Positions 8,795-18,304 are shown, numbered from the stretch's first letter. The stretch is DNA of 64,000 nucleotides from an uncultured virus (IMG/VR IMGVR_UViG_3300027542_000007) (IMGVR_UViG_3300027542_000007:1-64000); one strand, 5' to 3'. Made by a program: numbers and translations. The notes: generated by a model from the letters alone, not told the origin.

Positions 8795-9982
8795 ATGGCA
8801 ACTATAAGAGTCCCAATAACAAGCGTGGCTGTTAAGAAAATATATCCATTAGTAAGTAAGTCATTATCATCTAATACTGCTAAATATAAAAGGAATCTTC
8901 AAGAATTCTTTAATGCTCGGTCGAAAGATATTTACGATACTGCTCCTTATTCGAGATTGATGTTTGGAGAAGATGAAACCCAGGATTTTTTTAAATCAAT
9001 TAATATTACTAAGGAGCAGATTCGTGAGTTATTAACTGAAACCTATTATTGGAAAATGAACTTTTCTCCGGCAGCAGCTAAAGATGAATTGACTATGACC
9101 ATGATGATGATCATAAGATATTTTCTTAAAAAAGGAGACAAAGTTAATGCGGAGATATCTGCGATATATTTAGCATTTAGTGGTAGATTTTATCCGTCGA
9201 TTCACTACGGGCAGTTTCCAAAAGCTCAACCAAGTGAGTATAGACATATAATGGAATATGTAGTAAACAATATGCTTACTATGAAATTTGATCTCAAAAG
9301 GGAAGGAAGTTTATTTGGAGCTATACGATCTATATGTAGAACTTGGCTAACAAAATACGGTCCTACTATAAAGGGAGATATGGACGATGAAGAGAATGCT
9401 GAAATTATTAAACAGCTTCACGGTAGAATTAAATCATTCATAATTAATATAGCATCATTATACTATGAAGCTCATGAGAATAAAAACTATCTGACATACG
9501 ATTCTGATATGGATAATGAGGATTCGTTTAGACTTGCAGATAATGATTCTCTCCGAATCGAAAGAGCAGTGGAAAATGCAATGAATTTCATAAATAATAA
9601 TAACGTAGACTTTAGACTATGTACATATGCATCTGATACTAATGTGAAAGTGAACGAAGTCAAATCTATCATAGAAGGAATTCAAGATGATAAAGTATGT
9701 CTGGGAGAGATTAAGGAGTTGTTTCGCATTATAATCGCCGAGTATTTTCAAGTTTCTACGAATAAAAACCTTGCAAGTACAGATTTTGTTTCTAAATCTA
9801 TAACTTCAAAACCTAATACCAAGAATAAAAATATCCTTAGACAAAAGGAAATAATCGAAGGGTGGCTAGATGAAAAATCTCCACAATATAGGAAGAGAAG
9901 AAGCCGTCCAGAAACGAAATCGTCTTATTACAAATCTATACTAAAATATTATGTATTGGTTATCAACAAAGCTAATAGATAA
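8795..9982 (+). CDS. Hypothetical protein (late promoter; possibly virion-associated)
   Basis: 395-aa ORF, AGGAGG RBS. Confidence 0.8.
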   Translation: MATIRVPITSVAVKKIYPLVSKSLSSNTAKYKRNLQEFFNARSKDIYDTAPYSRLMFGEDETQDFFKSINITKEQIRELLTETYYWKMNFSPAAAKDELTMTMMMIIRYFLKKGDKVNAEISAIYLAFSGRFYPSIHYGQFPKAQPSEYRHIMEYVVNNMLTMKFDLKREGSLFGAIRSICRTWLTKYGPTIKGDMDDEENAEIIKQLHGRIKSFIINIASLYYEAHENKNYLTYDSDMDNEDSFRLADNDSLRIERAVENAMNFINNNNVDFRLCTYASDTNVKVNEVKSIIEGIQDDKVCLGEIKELFRIIIAEYFQVSTNKNLASTDFVSKSITSKPNTKNKNILRQKEIIEGWLDEKSPQYRKRRSRPETKSSYYKSILKYYVLVINKANR

Positions 9983-10102
9983 AAAGGGGCTACACTCACA
10001 CGAGTGTAGCCTATATTTATTTTTTGTGAAATTGCTGGAAGGTAATTATATAATATTATAGTGAAATACAAAAATATTATAATTCCATAGGAGGAAAGAC
10101 AA

Positions 10103-10624
10103 ATGAGAGAAATGATGTTATTAAAAGAATTAGGAGACATAGCGGCAAAGCATCGGATTGATTGTTTTATCATATTGGGTGAATCTGTAGTGCATGTAGA
10201 AGACACAAAAAATGAAGATCCTAATAATCTTTCGCGTGATGCATATCAATTTATGGTAAATTGGAATACTATGCTGGGGAACAAGTATGATACAGAATAT
10301 TACGATTCGGCCAATGCTTGTCGTGGATGGTTAAAAATAGGAATAGACGGATATAAAACTCCAAGCAACAGCAACATTAGTCCTATTAGCTGCATTCTTC
10401 CAGAAAGAGCACATGTTACATCGATTTCAGAAATAGAATGGATGGATTTAGCGGAGGAATATCTTGACCTTCTTCAATTGCCATATCTTGTAGTAACCTG
10501 CGATGAATTCATAGATAAGAGCTGTGATAACAGATTATTCAATGCAATTATCCATGATTTAAAGGCAGAGTTAAAGGAAATCAAAAAGGAGGAATTGTCT
10601 GATGAACACGAAGAAGAATTTTAA
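10103..10624 (+). CDS. Hypothetical protein
   Basis: AGGAGG RBS, 173 aa. Confidence 0.75.
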   Translation: MREMMLLKELGDIAAKHRIDCFIILGESVVHVEDTKNEDPNNLSRDAYQFMVNWNTMLGNKYDTEYYDSANACRGWLKIGIDGYKTPSNSNISPISCILPERAHVTSISEIEWMDLAEEYLDLLQLPYLVVTCDEFIDKSCDNRLFNAIIHDLKAELKEIKKEELSDEHEEEF

Positions 10625-11264
10625 ATCCTATATTCCGATTGAAACATTTTTGTTCAACAATGATAAGATATTCTACACTGGAGCCGAGATAAAGGACGAA
10701 ATTATATCAGTGATGGAAGCCACGAAGGATAAAGAGAATAGAGTAAAGGAATACCAGATTGCTTCTTACATGTATAAGAAGTTTGTAGATACTAATAGCC
10801 CATTAAGCGACCAGTCTAAATACCAAATAAATGTAAATAGACTAGTATTCAATATCCCATATGATGAGTTTTTAATGGTTAATTTTAACAGTCATGTGAA
10901 AATCATTAGAAACCGTAAGGTTCGATACCAAAATCTTAAAGTCACAGAAAATAAATTCTTCTTAGATTTTCTTAAGTATTTGAGGAGTAGAGGAATCGAG
11001 TTGACCGATTTTGCGCTGATTCAGTACAATTCTGGAGAGAAAAGGCTTGTGTCCTCTAACGAAGAATTTTCTAGATGGATTTATATAATTGATGAGCTGG
11101 AAGGAGTATTTGGGGTAACTGATTACGTGGATAACTTATCATTGAAAGATGTATCTGATGTTCTTATGAGTAGAGAATATCATTATATGAGGGAACTAAA
11201 CCTGTTAGAAGAAAGAGGTGTAAATATCAGGATATATGACAAAACAAAGAGATACAAGTACTAA
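10602..11264 (+). CDS. Hypothetical protein
   Basis: 220 aa, overlapping operon gene with RBS. Confidence 0.75.
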   Translation: MNTKKNFKSYIPIETFLFNNDKIFYTGAEIKDEIISVMEATKDKENRVKEYQIASYMYKKFVDTNSPLSDQSKYQINVNRLVFNIPYDEFLMVNFNSHVKIIRNRKVRYQNLKVTENKFFLDFLKYLRSRGIELTDFALIQYNSGEKRLVSSNEEFSRWIYIIDELEGVFGVTDYVDNLSLKDVSDVLMSREYHYMRELNLLEERGVNIRIYDKTKRYKY

Positions 11265-11649
11265 TTACTACCATTTATCACAATCTGGTAGGATTAAAAT
11301 TGCTGTTCCTAAGGTATCGTCTATGGCGGTACCATCATTCGAAGATACGAGTATACCAAGAGTTAGTTTTGCTCCTTCTATAGATCAATGTATATCCGCA
11401 TTGATTCCGGCGGTTAGAACTATCTTTTATGTGTACGTTCCAGAAGACCTGAAAAATTTTCAAATATATAAACCCAAAATTTATCAGGTAAGAGATTGTA
11501 AAGAAACTGGAGAAGTTTGGTCATTGAAACGAGTACGTGTAAAATGTATTGGAAAAATCAAAATCACAAAATCATTAGGGTATGAAAAACATAAGAACTA
11601 TAGAGGGGTATTTCATATTCATAGATATGATTGGGAATGGATAGAATAA
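11236..11649 (+). CDS. Hypothetical protein, possible ADP-ribosyltransferase-like fold
   Basis: YYHLS...IPRVSFAPSI...TGEVW pattern. Confidence 0.4.
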   Translation: MTKQRDTSTNYYHLSQSGRIKIAVPKVSSMAVPSFEDTSIPRVSFAPSIDQCISALIPAVRTIFYVYVPEDLKNFQIYKPKIYQVRDCKETGEVWSLKRVRVKCIGKIKITKSLGYEKHKNYRGVFHIHRYDWEWIE

Positions 11650-12065
11650 TACTAATGCGAAGGAGTGTAAGATTACAGATGATAAAGGTACCAGCAAGCA
11701 AGATTAAAGAAATAAAATATGATGGTAAAAATTTATTATTTATATCTACCGGATTTTTTGATATTGTTATAGCTGTTTCTGGAAATCCAAGTACAATTAA
11801 GAGTGTTTTGGCATTGAGAGAAAATAAATGTATGACTATTTGTGCTACTATGGGTATAAATAAAATCGAAGTAAGGCTAAACGATGGGCCTGTCCCAAAG
11901 TCCGTTTCCATGGAAGATTTTAAGTTTATGTATGCATCTACAAAAATAAGGATTTCTACTAATGAAATTCTTATGCATAGTGAATTCTATGGAGAGATAA
12001 TAGATCCAACTCTTAGTATTTCTTTAAAGGAGGAAAACGGAGAATTAGTAACCATATTAAAATAA
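11631..12065 (+). CDS. Hypothetical protein (start may be 11679)
   Basis: Operonic ORF; AAGGAG upstream of the internal ATG. Confidence 0.65.
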   Translation: MGMDRIILMRRSVRLQMIKVPASKIKEIKYDGKNLLFISTGFFDIVIAVSGNPSTIKSVLALRENKCMTICATMGINKIEVRLNDGPVPKSVSMEDFKFMYASTKIRISTNEILMHSEFYGEIIDPTLSISLKEENGELVTILK

Positions 12066-12087
12066 TAAAAAGAAAAGGAGAACAATT

Positions 12088-12534
12088 ATGATTCATGGTA
12101 TGTATAACACAACAAGAACTAAGCTTAGCATTAAGAGAGGTAGATTTTTTGGAAAGATCAAGGTGAAACTCGAATGTAGGCATATCCTTACGGGCTTAAA
12201 GACCGATATTATTTTCTACTCATTGGCATCAAAGAGATCAATCGATAGTATCAGCAGTCGGGTTAGTGAAAACAATCCTTCGGCTAAAGGAGACAGCATT
12301 AGCATCCTTGGGTCGGTTACAATTAACGTTGTAGACACTTTTTATGGAAAACCTTTTGGAGTTCTGCGCATAAATCCATGTAAGAAAATTAATTTACTTG
12401 GGCTAAACGATATTACGGTTTTGGATTTTGAAGACCGCAAACCTGTCAAAGACAGCGAAGGATTCTTATTCCGGTTAATGCTTAATAATAAAAATTGTGC
12501 AGGAAAATTAGAAGATCTGATAATCGAAGGTTAA
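12088..12534 (+). CDS. Hypothetical protein
   Basis: AAGGAG RBS; followed by terminator hairpin 12543-12573. Confidence 0.7.
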   Translation: MIHGMYNTTRTKLSIKRGRFFGKIKVKLECRHILTGLKTDIIFYSLASKRSIDSISSRVSENNPSAKGDSISILGSVTINVVDTFYGKPFGVLRINPCKKINLLGLNDITVLDFEDRKPVKDSEGFLFRLMLNNKNCAGKLEDLIIEG

Positions 12535-12643
12535 CAAAAAGGAAGAGGGACAGAAATATGCTGTCCCTCTTTTATTTATAATTGTAGTAAAATAAAAATA
12601 GTTATACATATAATTGATAGAAAATAAAGCATAGTGCTAATAA

Positions 12644-12715
12644 TGGGCATTCGCCAAGAGGTAAGGCACGGGACTTTGACTCCTGAATTCGTTGGTTCGA
12701 ATCCAATATGCCCAG
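12644..12715 (+). tRNA. tRNA-Gln(TTG)
   Basis: TGGGCAT/ATGCCCA acceptor stem, CT-TTG-AC anticodon loop, GGTTCGAATCC T arm; CCA not encoded. Confidence 0.93.
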
Positions 12716-13088
12716 TTCGGCTGAGTGGGTTAATCTCTGCCGAATCGTTGTCGGTAATTGCTGGGGGGCAGTAACGATACCGGCCTATGGTGCACGGCCG
12801 CTAAGAAAAGCCGGCAGTATCTGCGTAGAATGCAGGGTGCGGCTATGGCGGTTAGAGTACAGCAGTGCTATACCAAAATGTAATGAGTGTTAATCGTGTA
12901 GCGATTGGGGTTAGAGCTCGCTCCGAAAGAGAATCGCAGTGTAAGTGTTAACACCTGCTCCGCAAGTGGCGGTAATTGAATGGTAATGTGTAAGACTCAG
13001 CACTGAATCAAAAGAAAAGAGTCTGAGATATAGCTCGCCGAGAGAGGCAACAGCAGATGCAGTTAGCATACGTTGGCGATCTTAACCC
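12716..13088 (+). ncRNA. Unidentified highly structured ~370-nt RNA between two tRNAs
   Basis: GC-rich island with many stems (TTCGGC/GCCGAA, GTGTTAA/TTAACAC, GCGATT/AATCGC, AGACTC/GAGTCT), GNRA-type loops, and 5'-loop GGGTTAA complementary to 3'-end TTAACCC. Confidence 0.7.
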
Positions 13089-13163
13089 GGGCCATTAGCT
13101 CAGCTTGGTTAGAGCAACCGGCTCATAACCGGTCGGTCATAGGTTCGAGTCCTATATGGCCCA
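13089..13163 (+). tRNA. tRNA with CAT anticodon, most likely tRNA-Ile2 (lysidine type)
   Basis: GGGCCAT/ATGGCCC acceptor, CCGG-CTCATAA-CCGG anticodon arm; body resembles Bacillota Ile2 rather than initiator Met. Confidence 0.9.
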
Positions 13164-13281
13164 TCGAAATCGGGTTTTTGGTTTCCTTATTATTTCTGGG
13201 TGTCGGTAATCCGGCACCCGGATTATTTTTTCTCCTTAAACATTACATTAATATACGCATTACATAAGGAGGAATTATAGT

Positions 13282-13704
13282 ATGCTTTTAAGAAATGAAA
13301 GTCGAGTTAGGCATTTTGTGGAAATTAATTTGACATATGATGATAAGGAAAGTAATAATCTAATAGTTAATGAAGGAGATAACGTAGCTATCAGTTTTAG
13401 AAAAAATGGAAGGATAGCTATGGGAGAAGGAAAGATTACAGAAATAAAGGTGCAGCATAGAGCAAGATGTAACGGTTTTGGAATGAAGGAAACTGCCATC
13501 TTAGAAATAGATATGTCTGGTGATTGCAATTCACAAACTGAAAGTGTTGATATACGAGATATAATAGACATTAGAAAATTAGTTCCAAAGCATTGTCATA
13601 AATGCGATAAAGTAGATCCTAGCTTTATAGTTAAGCCTAAAGATAAAGATACGATTGGAGTGGTCGGGATGCCAATATCTCCAGGGGGTGTAATAGGTGA
13701 ATAA
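13282..13704 (+). CDS. Hypothetical protein, apparent paralog of 43526-44149
   Basis: EGDNVAISF..GKITEIKV..LEIDMS..DIRDIIDIR resembles VGEMVSIQF..GRVMDIKV..VLDCS..KMIDILQIR. Confidence 0.75.
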   Translation: MLLRNESRVRHFVEINLTYDDKESNNLIVNEGDNVAISFRKNGRIAMGEGKITEIKVQHRARCNGFGMKETAILEIDMSGDCNSQTESVDIRDIIDIRKLVPKHCHKCDKVDPSFIVKPKDKDTIGVVGMPISPGGVIGE

Positions 13705-14404
13705 AAAGCAAAGAGAAGAAATAGAAGAACTTATAATAAGTTCTTTTAATATCTTGGACAAATCTGGTACTAATTCAGAGTATTACAAAGATTTGTTTAG
13801 TAAAATGAGTGATTCTCAATTTCATTCATTTATTGCAAAGAAATATCCTGGTAAATTTTATTATCGCCCATCAGTTACTGAACCTACGATGGATGACATA
13901 GAAGAAGCATTGAACTTTATTGGTGTTCCCTTAAGCGAGAAGATTAATATGCCTTGGGTTTATGAGGATAAGGATGGAAATCCAGTGCAGTCTAAAGAAT
14001 GTACAGTTGTATATTTACATCATAAAAAGGTCCAGCAATTCATAACAAAGAAAAATAAATGGGCTATTTCTGTATCTAACAGAGATATGAAGGGTGGGCG
14101 CTTAATTGGAGCAGATAAAGGTGCTGTAACATCAGATAGAGAATTTGAATCTATGGAAGTTCAGTCTATGAATAATACCGTTGACGAGTTCTCTACGTTT
14201 AGGGCGGACTCTATGAAGTCTAAGAATATGGCTAATGCAATAATTGGGACTACCGGTGTATTACATTTAGATGATGTAAAGGTAGATAAAGATGATTTCC
14301 TATCTAAGAACCTAATGAGTGCTTATATGATTGGAGCCCATTTGAATACGAATATCGTAAATGAGGGTAATTATACTCCGACTACATTAAGATCGAAATC
14401 TTAA
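13697..14404 (+). CDS. RNA polymerase beta C-terminal fragment (probably virion RNAP)
   Basis: VYLHHKKVQQFITKK and GAVTSDREFESM resemble beta Y..KL.H.V..K and GGQRFGEME. Confidence 0.6.
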   Translation: MNKKQREEIEELIISSFNILDKSGTNSEYYKDLFSKMSDSQFHSFIAKKYPGKFYYRPSVTEPTMDDIEEALNFIGVPLSEKINMPWVYEDKDGNPVQSKECTVVYLHHKKVQQFITKKNKWAISVSNRDMKGGRLIGADKGAVTSDREFESMEVQSMNNTVDEFSTFRADSMKSKNMANAIIGTTGVLHLDDVKVDKDDFLSKNLMSAYMIGAHLNTNIVNEGNYTPTTLRSKS

Positions 14405-14447
14405 TATTTTCATTTATATATTATATTTTTGAAGGAGGTGAGTATAA

Positions 14448-14564
14448 ATGGAACAGCAGTACGGAACGGTTATTCAGGAACAAGGGGATTTGGGGTTAGG
14501 CTTATATCCCATCAATGAATCCCAGGACGAGCAGCAAAAAGAAGATAAAGAGGATAAAAAGTAA
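14448..14564 (+). CDS. Small acidic protein (38 aa)
   Basis: TATATTAT motif, AAGGAGGTG RBS, MEQQYGTVIQEQGDLGLGLYPINESQDEQQKEDKEDKK, followed by a hairpin. Confidence 0.6.
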   Translation: MEQQYGTVIQEQGDLGLGLYPINESQDEQQKEDKEDKK

Positions 14565-14674
14565 GTACATATGGGTATGGGAGGGATTCCATACCCATAA
14601 AATTTTCTGATAGTAACACATTAAGAAATGTGTAACTATAAATCAATAACACAATAAAATGGAGGTATAAAAGA

Positions 14675-15913
14675 ATGAATGTAAAATGTATTGGTATTGG
14701 AGCCGCAGGAAATAAGGCGGCAATTACTCTGGTGGAAAAGAAAGTACTGGCACAGGATAATGTATTATTAATCAATTCTACATTAAAGGATATCCCTGCA
14801 GATTACAAGGGGCTGGCTGTGGAATATGTTAATTCTTATGGCGGCTGCGGGAAAGAAAGAAAAAATGCGTATGATCTTGCAGTAAACTCCATTAAGGCTG
14901 GAAAGATCCCGCTGGATGATTTTCTCAATATTGGAAAAAGCAATGAGGCGGAGCTGGTAATCATTGTAACTTCAACTGAAGGCGGTACAGGTTCTGGTTC
15001 ATCAATTATTATTGGTAAGTATATTAAGAGCCATTACGACATCGATGTGCATATGTTCGGATTTGTTGGGTTCAAGACCGACCCAAGGGGTCTGAAGAAT
15101 ACAGTAGAGTGGTTTTCGGAGCTGCAGGAAGATTTTGCGGTGGAAGCTGTTGAGAACAGCAAGTACTTACCAGAATGCCGTGGAAACAAGATCAAAGCAG
15201 AGAAGATGGCGAACGAAGACTTTGCTAACAAGATTGGCATTCTGATCGGAAATACAATCAGATATTCAGAGCACAATATCGACCCGACTGATCTTCTTAA
15301 AGTGTCTGCAAAGCAGACTGGATTTATGGTAATTGAATCTGCGAATTTTGAGAAGATCAAAAACAAAGAACAGTTCGAGGCGATGGTTGTCCGTATGATT
15401 GACGATAGCAAATCAGTTGATGTGAGCAATGTTAATGCTAAGAAATCTGCGGTGTTCCTGAATATTAGTCCGGCTTCTACTGATTTTATCTCTTATGAAG
15501 AAATCATTACCGAGAGGTATGGGGAGAGATATGAGAATTACGAGCATATTCAGCACGAAGCTGATATGCCAGAGTTCTTTGCGATTATCATTGCTGGTAT
15601 GAAAATGCCGGTAGAAGAAATCCAAAGAGTATATACCGAATATAAAGACCGCATGGGGCAGGTTGACCGTTCAGGAGACGACTTCTTTGCATCTGTAAGT
15701 GCATTGTCGTTCGATGATGATGATGATCTGTCGATCCATGGCAAAAAGAAAAAGACTATGAGCGACGATGAGTTCTTTGCGAATCTCGATAAACCAGTTG
15801 ATTCTCCGTCTGCTTCAACAAAAGTCGTGCGGCCATCTGCTGAAGGGAGTGAGTCCAGTGGGAAATTCTCTAATGTAAGAGTAGAGAAAGCAGACATCGC
15901 AAAAGAATATTAG
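14675..15913 (+). CDS. Tubulin/FtsZ-family GTPase (PhuZ/TubZ-like)
   Basis: IGIGAAGNKA, GGCGKE, signature GGTGSG, NIDPTDL; long charged C-terminal tail. Confidence 0.9.
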   Translation: MNVKCIGIGAAGNKAAITLVEKKVLAQDNVLLINSTLKDIPADYKGLAVEYVNSYGGCGKERKNAYDLAVNSIKAGKIPLDDFLNIGKSNEAELVIIVTSTEGGTGSGSSIIIGKYIKSHYDIDVHMFGFVGFKTDPRGLKNTVEWFSELQEDFAVEAVENSKYLPECRGNKIKAEKMANEDFANKIGILIGNTIRYSEHNIDPTDLLKVSAKQTGFMVIESANFEKIKNKEQFEAMVVRMIDDSKSVDVSNVNAKKSAVFLNISPASTDFISYEEIITERYGERYENYEHIQHEADMPEFFAIIIAGMKMPVEEIQRVYTEYKDRMGQVDRSGDDFFASVSALSFDDDDDLSIHGKKKKTMSDDEFFANLDKPVDSPSASTKVVRPSAEGSESSGKFSNVRVEKADIAKEY

Positions 15914-15921
15914 GAGGAATT

Positions 15922-16785
15922 ATGTTTGATAATTATCAATATAGTGAAGGAGGGACCCCAGAGGTTCCTCTTTCATTTTCTTACAACAGTATTGAAGAAG
16001 TCATTAATATGCTAAGGCATGTTGATGACTATAGTGACCGGGACCTATATGAACTAGTTAAGAAAACCTATTCTATGATCCTGGACGAGATTTTCACTAT
16101 TAAAAACGTAGACCTAATCAGGATGCTGTATAACACTCCAAAGTTTATAACAGCATTAACTGCAGTATTAGGAGAAGTAGAATTAAACCAGATTCAATTT
16201 ATTTGGTGTAACAAATTAACATATGACTATTTCACATCGACTGCTGAAAAGAACTTATATGTTAAGGCTTTGCTTTTGCAGCTAAGTTCTACAGTTAATA
16301 GAAGATACACTCCAGGTTTAATCGGACTGGGCTTAAACGAAAATCTAGTAAGTTATCTAGTAAACGCAAGATTCTCAACCGAGAAAGAGGATATTCAAGT
16401 AAAAAGATTAAATCTCATATTAATGAATCAAAGCCCAGACATAATGACACTACAGATGATTGTAGACATTTATGGTAAGCTCTTTGATAGGATAACTCCT
16501 CTGTTTTCGGGGATTATGTATGATTATTGGGAACCGGAGTCTTTAATGAATGATAGCATAGCGGAAGTTTATGCTACTATTACTATGGCTATAATAACTA
16601 TCGTAAACAATCTTCCGCAAGATTTATGCTTGCAGTTATTAAAGAGCTTTGCGGAATCTCATTGCATAGTAAATATTGGAAAGTCTGTTAGGTTTAATAT
16701 ATATGCAATTGTCGAAGAGGATTTTCCGAGATTATATTTATGCTTAAAAATATTAAAGGCAAACAATATTGTGCTGCCGTCATAA
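15922..16785 (+). CDS. Hypothetical protein
   Basis: AGGAGG RBS, 287 aa. Confidence 0.8.
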   Translation: MFDNYQYSEGGTPEVPLSFSYNSIEEVINMLRHVDDYSDRDLYELVKKTYSMILDEIFTIKNVDLIRMLYNTPKFITALTAVLGEVELNQIQFIWCNKLTYDYFTSTAEKNLYVKALLLQLSSTVNRRYTPGLIGLGLNENLVSYLVNARFSTEKEDIQVKRLNLILMNQSPDIMTLQMIVDIYGKLFDRITPLFSGIMYDYWEPESLMNDSIAEVYATITMAIITIVNNLPQDLCLQLLKSFAESHCIVNIGKSVRFNIYAIVEEDFPRLYLCLKILKANNIVLPS

Positions 16786-16792
16786 TAAGTAT

Positions 16793-16987
16793 AACTAATC
16801 TTAATGAGAAAATTATAATCTGATGGAGCAAATGAATCTATATAGTGGGATTTTAATCTAGTGTCATGCATGAATCTACCCTTCAAAATTATAATCTAGG
16901 CAGAAAGATGAATCTAACCATGATAATTTTAATCTGAAACTCCAAATGGATCTCAACATCAGAATTTTAATCCGGATTGTTAAATGG
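16793..16987 (+). repeat. Orphan TIGR-like array, 5 units of 38 nt
   Basis: Units at 16793, 16831, 16869, 16907, 16945; spacer pairs taatgagaa/gatggagca, atatagtgg/agtgtcatg, acccttcaa/aggcagaaa, aaccatgat/gaaactcca, caacatcag/ggattgtta; same repeats as 2873-3062. Confidence 0.9.
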
Positions 16988-16989
16988 TT

Positions 16990-17026
16990 ACCAGAGTACC
17001 TAAATGGGTACTCTGGTTTATTTTTT
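16990..17026 (+). terminator. Intrinsic terminator after the orphan array
   Basis: ACCAGAGTACC/GGTACTCTGGT stem plus T tract. Confidence 0.8.
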
Positions 17027-17068
17027 ATCATCTCCGAAACATTTTAATAAAATGAAAGGAGAGATAAG

Positions 17069-18304
17069 ATGTATTCATTATTAGACGGATTTAGAGAGAG
17101 GACTTTGAAGTCTAAGGATAGCCGAATGTCGCAAGAGACAGTGCCTGACGTAGCGTATTCTACTGGATTTCTTGGATTTGATTTTATGAATGGTACCGTT
17201 GTACATGTAAAAACACCAGAGAAAAAATTTGCATATAATTCAATAGGAATAGTAGATGGCTCTATTACAATGGTAATCGGGAGATCTGGTTGTGGTAAGA
17301 CCACATGGGTTGTTCAGTCTGCTGGATATATTATGAAACAATTCCCAGGAGCACAAACCTGGCATGATGACATCGAGGGAGGTATTGTAGAAACTAGAAG
17401 AGAGAGACTTGTTGGATTATTCGGTAATAGTATGAAAGATAGATACCTATCCAGAAACTCAGGAGTTACTGCAGAGAGTGTGTATGAACGTATAAAGATT
17501 ATTCATGACCTTAAAATGGAAAATAGAGAAGATTACGAATATGATACTGGATACTATACATCTGGCGGAGAAAAGATTATTAAACTTCAACCGAGTGTCT
17601 ATATTCTCGATTCTTTAGCAATGCTTACTCCAGACAAATATACAGAGGAAGAAGAATTATCTGGGCAAATGTCATCCACAGCAGCAGCAAAAACAAATGC
17701 CAGTGTATTTAAAAGAATTGTTCCACTTCTTAAAAGTGCAAATATCATGCTATTTGTAATCAATCATATCACTGATGCTATAAAGATTAGTATGTTTGAT
17801 TCAAAGCCTGCGCAATTGTCTTATCTTAAGCAGGGTGAATCTTTACCAGGAGGGAAAACTCCAGTTTACTTATCGAATCTTTTAATTAGATTTGATGATA
17901 ATACTAAGCTTAAAGAATCAGAAGGTTTAAAGATAAGTGGTAGTATAGTAGACATATCATTACTTAAATCTAGAACTTCAAATGTTGGGAAATCAGTTCC
18001 TCTTATATTTGACTTTAAAAATGGATTTGATAGAGATTTATCTTTGTTACAGCTTCTCAAAGATATGAAGAAAGTCAATGGGGCTGGAGCTTATCTTTAC
18101 TTTGGGGATAGAAGCGATAAGAAATTCTCCCAGAAACAATTTAAAGAGAAACTCATTGAAGATGATGAATTTAGAGCAGTATTCATGGAAACAGCTCTTG
18201 AATCTCTTAAAGATCTTCTTTACGACCCAGGGGAGATGCCAGATGTGGGATCCAACGTGATAGATATCACTGGTAGAATATTAGATATGATGAAAGTAGC
18301 GTAA
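17069..18304 (+). CDS. RecA/UvsX-like recombinase
   Basis: YSTGFLGFD, GRSGCGKTT, ILDSLAML, FVINHI, PGGK. Confidence 0.88.
   Translation: MYSLLDGFRERTLKSKDSRMSQETVPDVAYSTGFLGFDFMNGTVVHVKTPEKKFAYNSIGIVDGSITMVIGRSGCGKTTWVVQSAGYIMKQFPGAQTWHDDIEGGIVETRRERLVGLFGNSMKDRYLSRNSGVTAESVYERIKIIHDLKMENREDYEYDTGYYTSGGEKIIKLQPSVYILDSLAMLTPDKYTEEEELSGQMSSTAAAKTNASVFKRIVPLLKSANIMLFVINHITDAIKISMFDSKPAQLSYLKQGESLPGGKTPVYLSNLLIRFDDNTKLKESEGLKISGSIVDISLLKSRTSNVGKSVPLIFDFKNGFDRDLSLLQLLKDMKKVNGAGAYLYFGDRSDKKFSQKQFKEKLIEDDEFRAVFMETALESLKDLLYDPGEMPDVGSNVIDITGRILDMMKVA

Noticed and set aside
12716..13088. tmRNA, RNase P RNA or group I intron
   Set aside because: Hallmark sequences not found by eye, and both flanking tRNAs are intact; a covariance search is needed to exclude these fully
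12708..13267. ORFs 12708-12893 and 13073-13267
   Set aside because: They overlap tRNAs and the structured RNA, have no RBS and atypical composition
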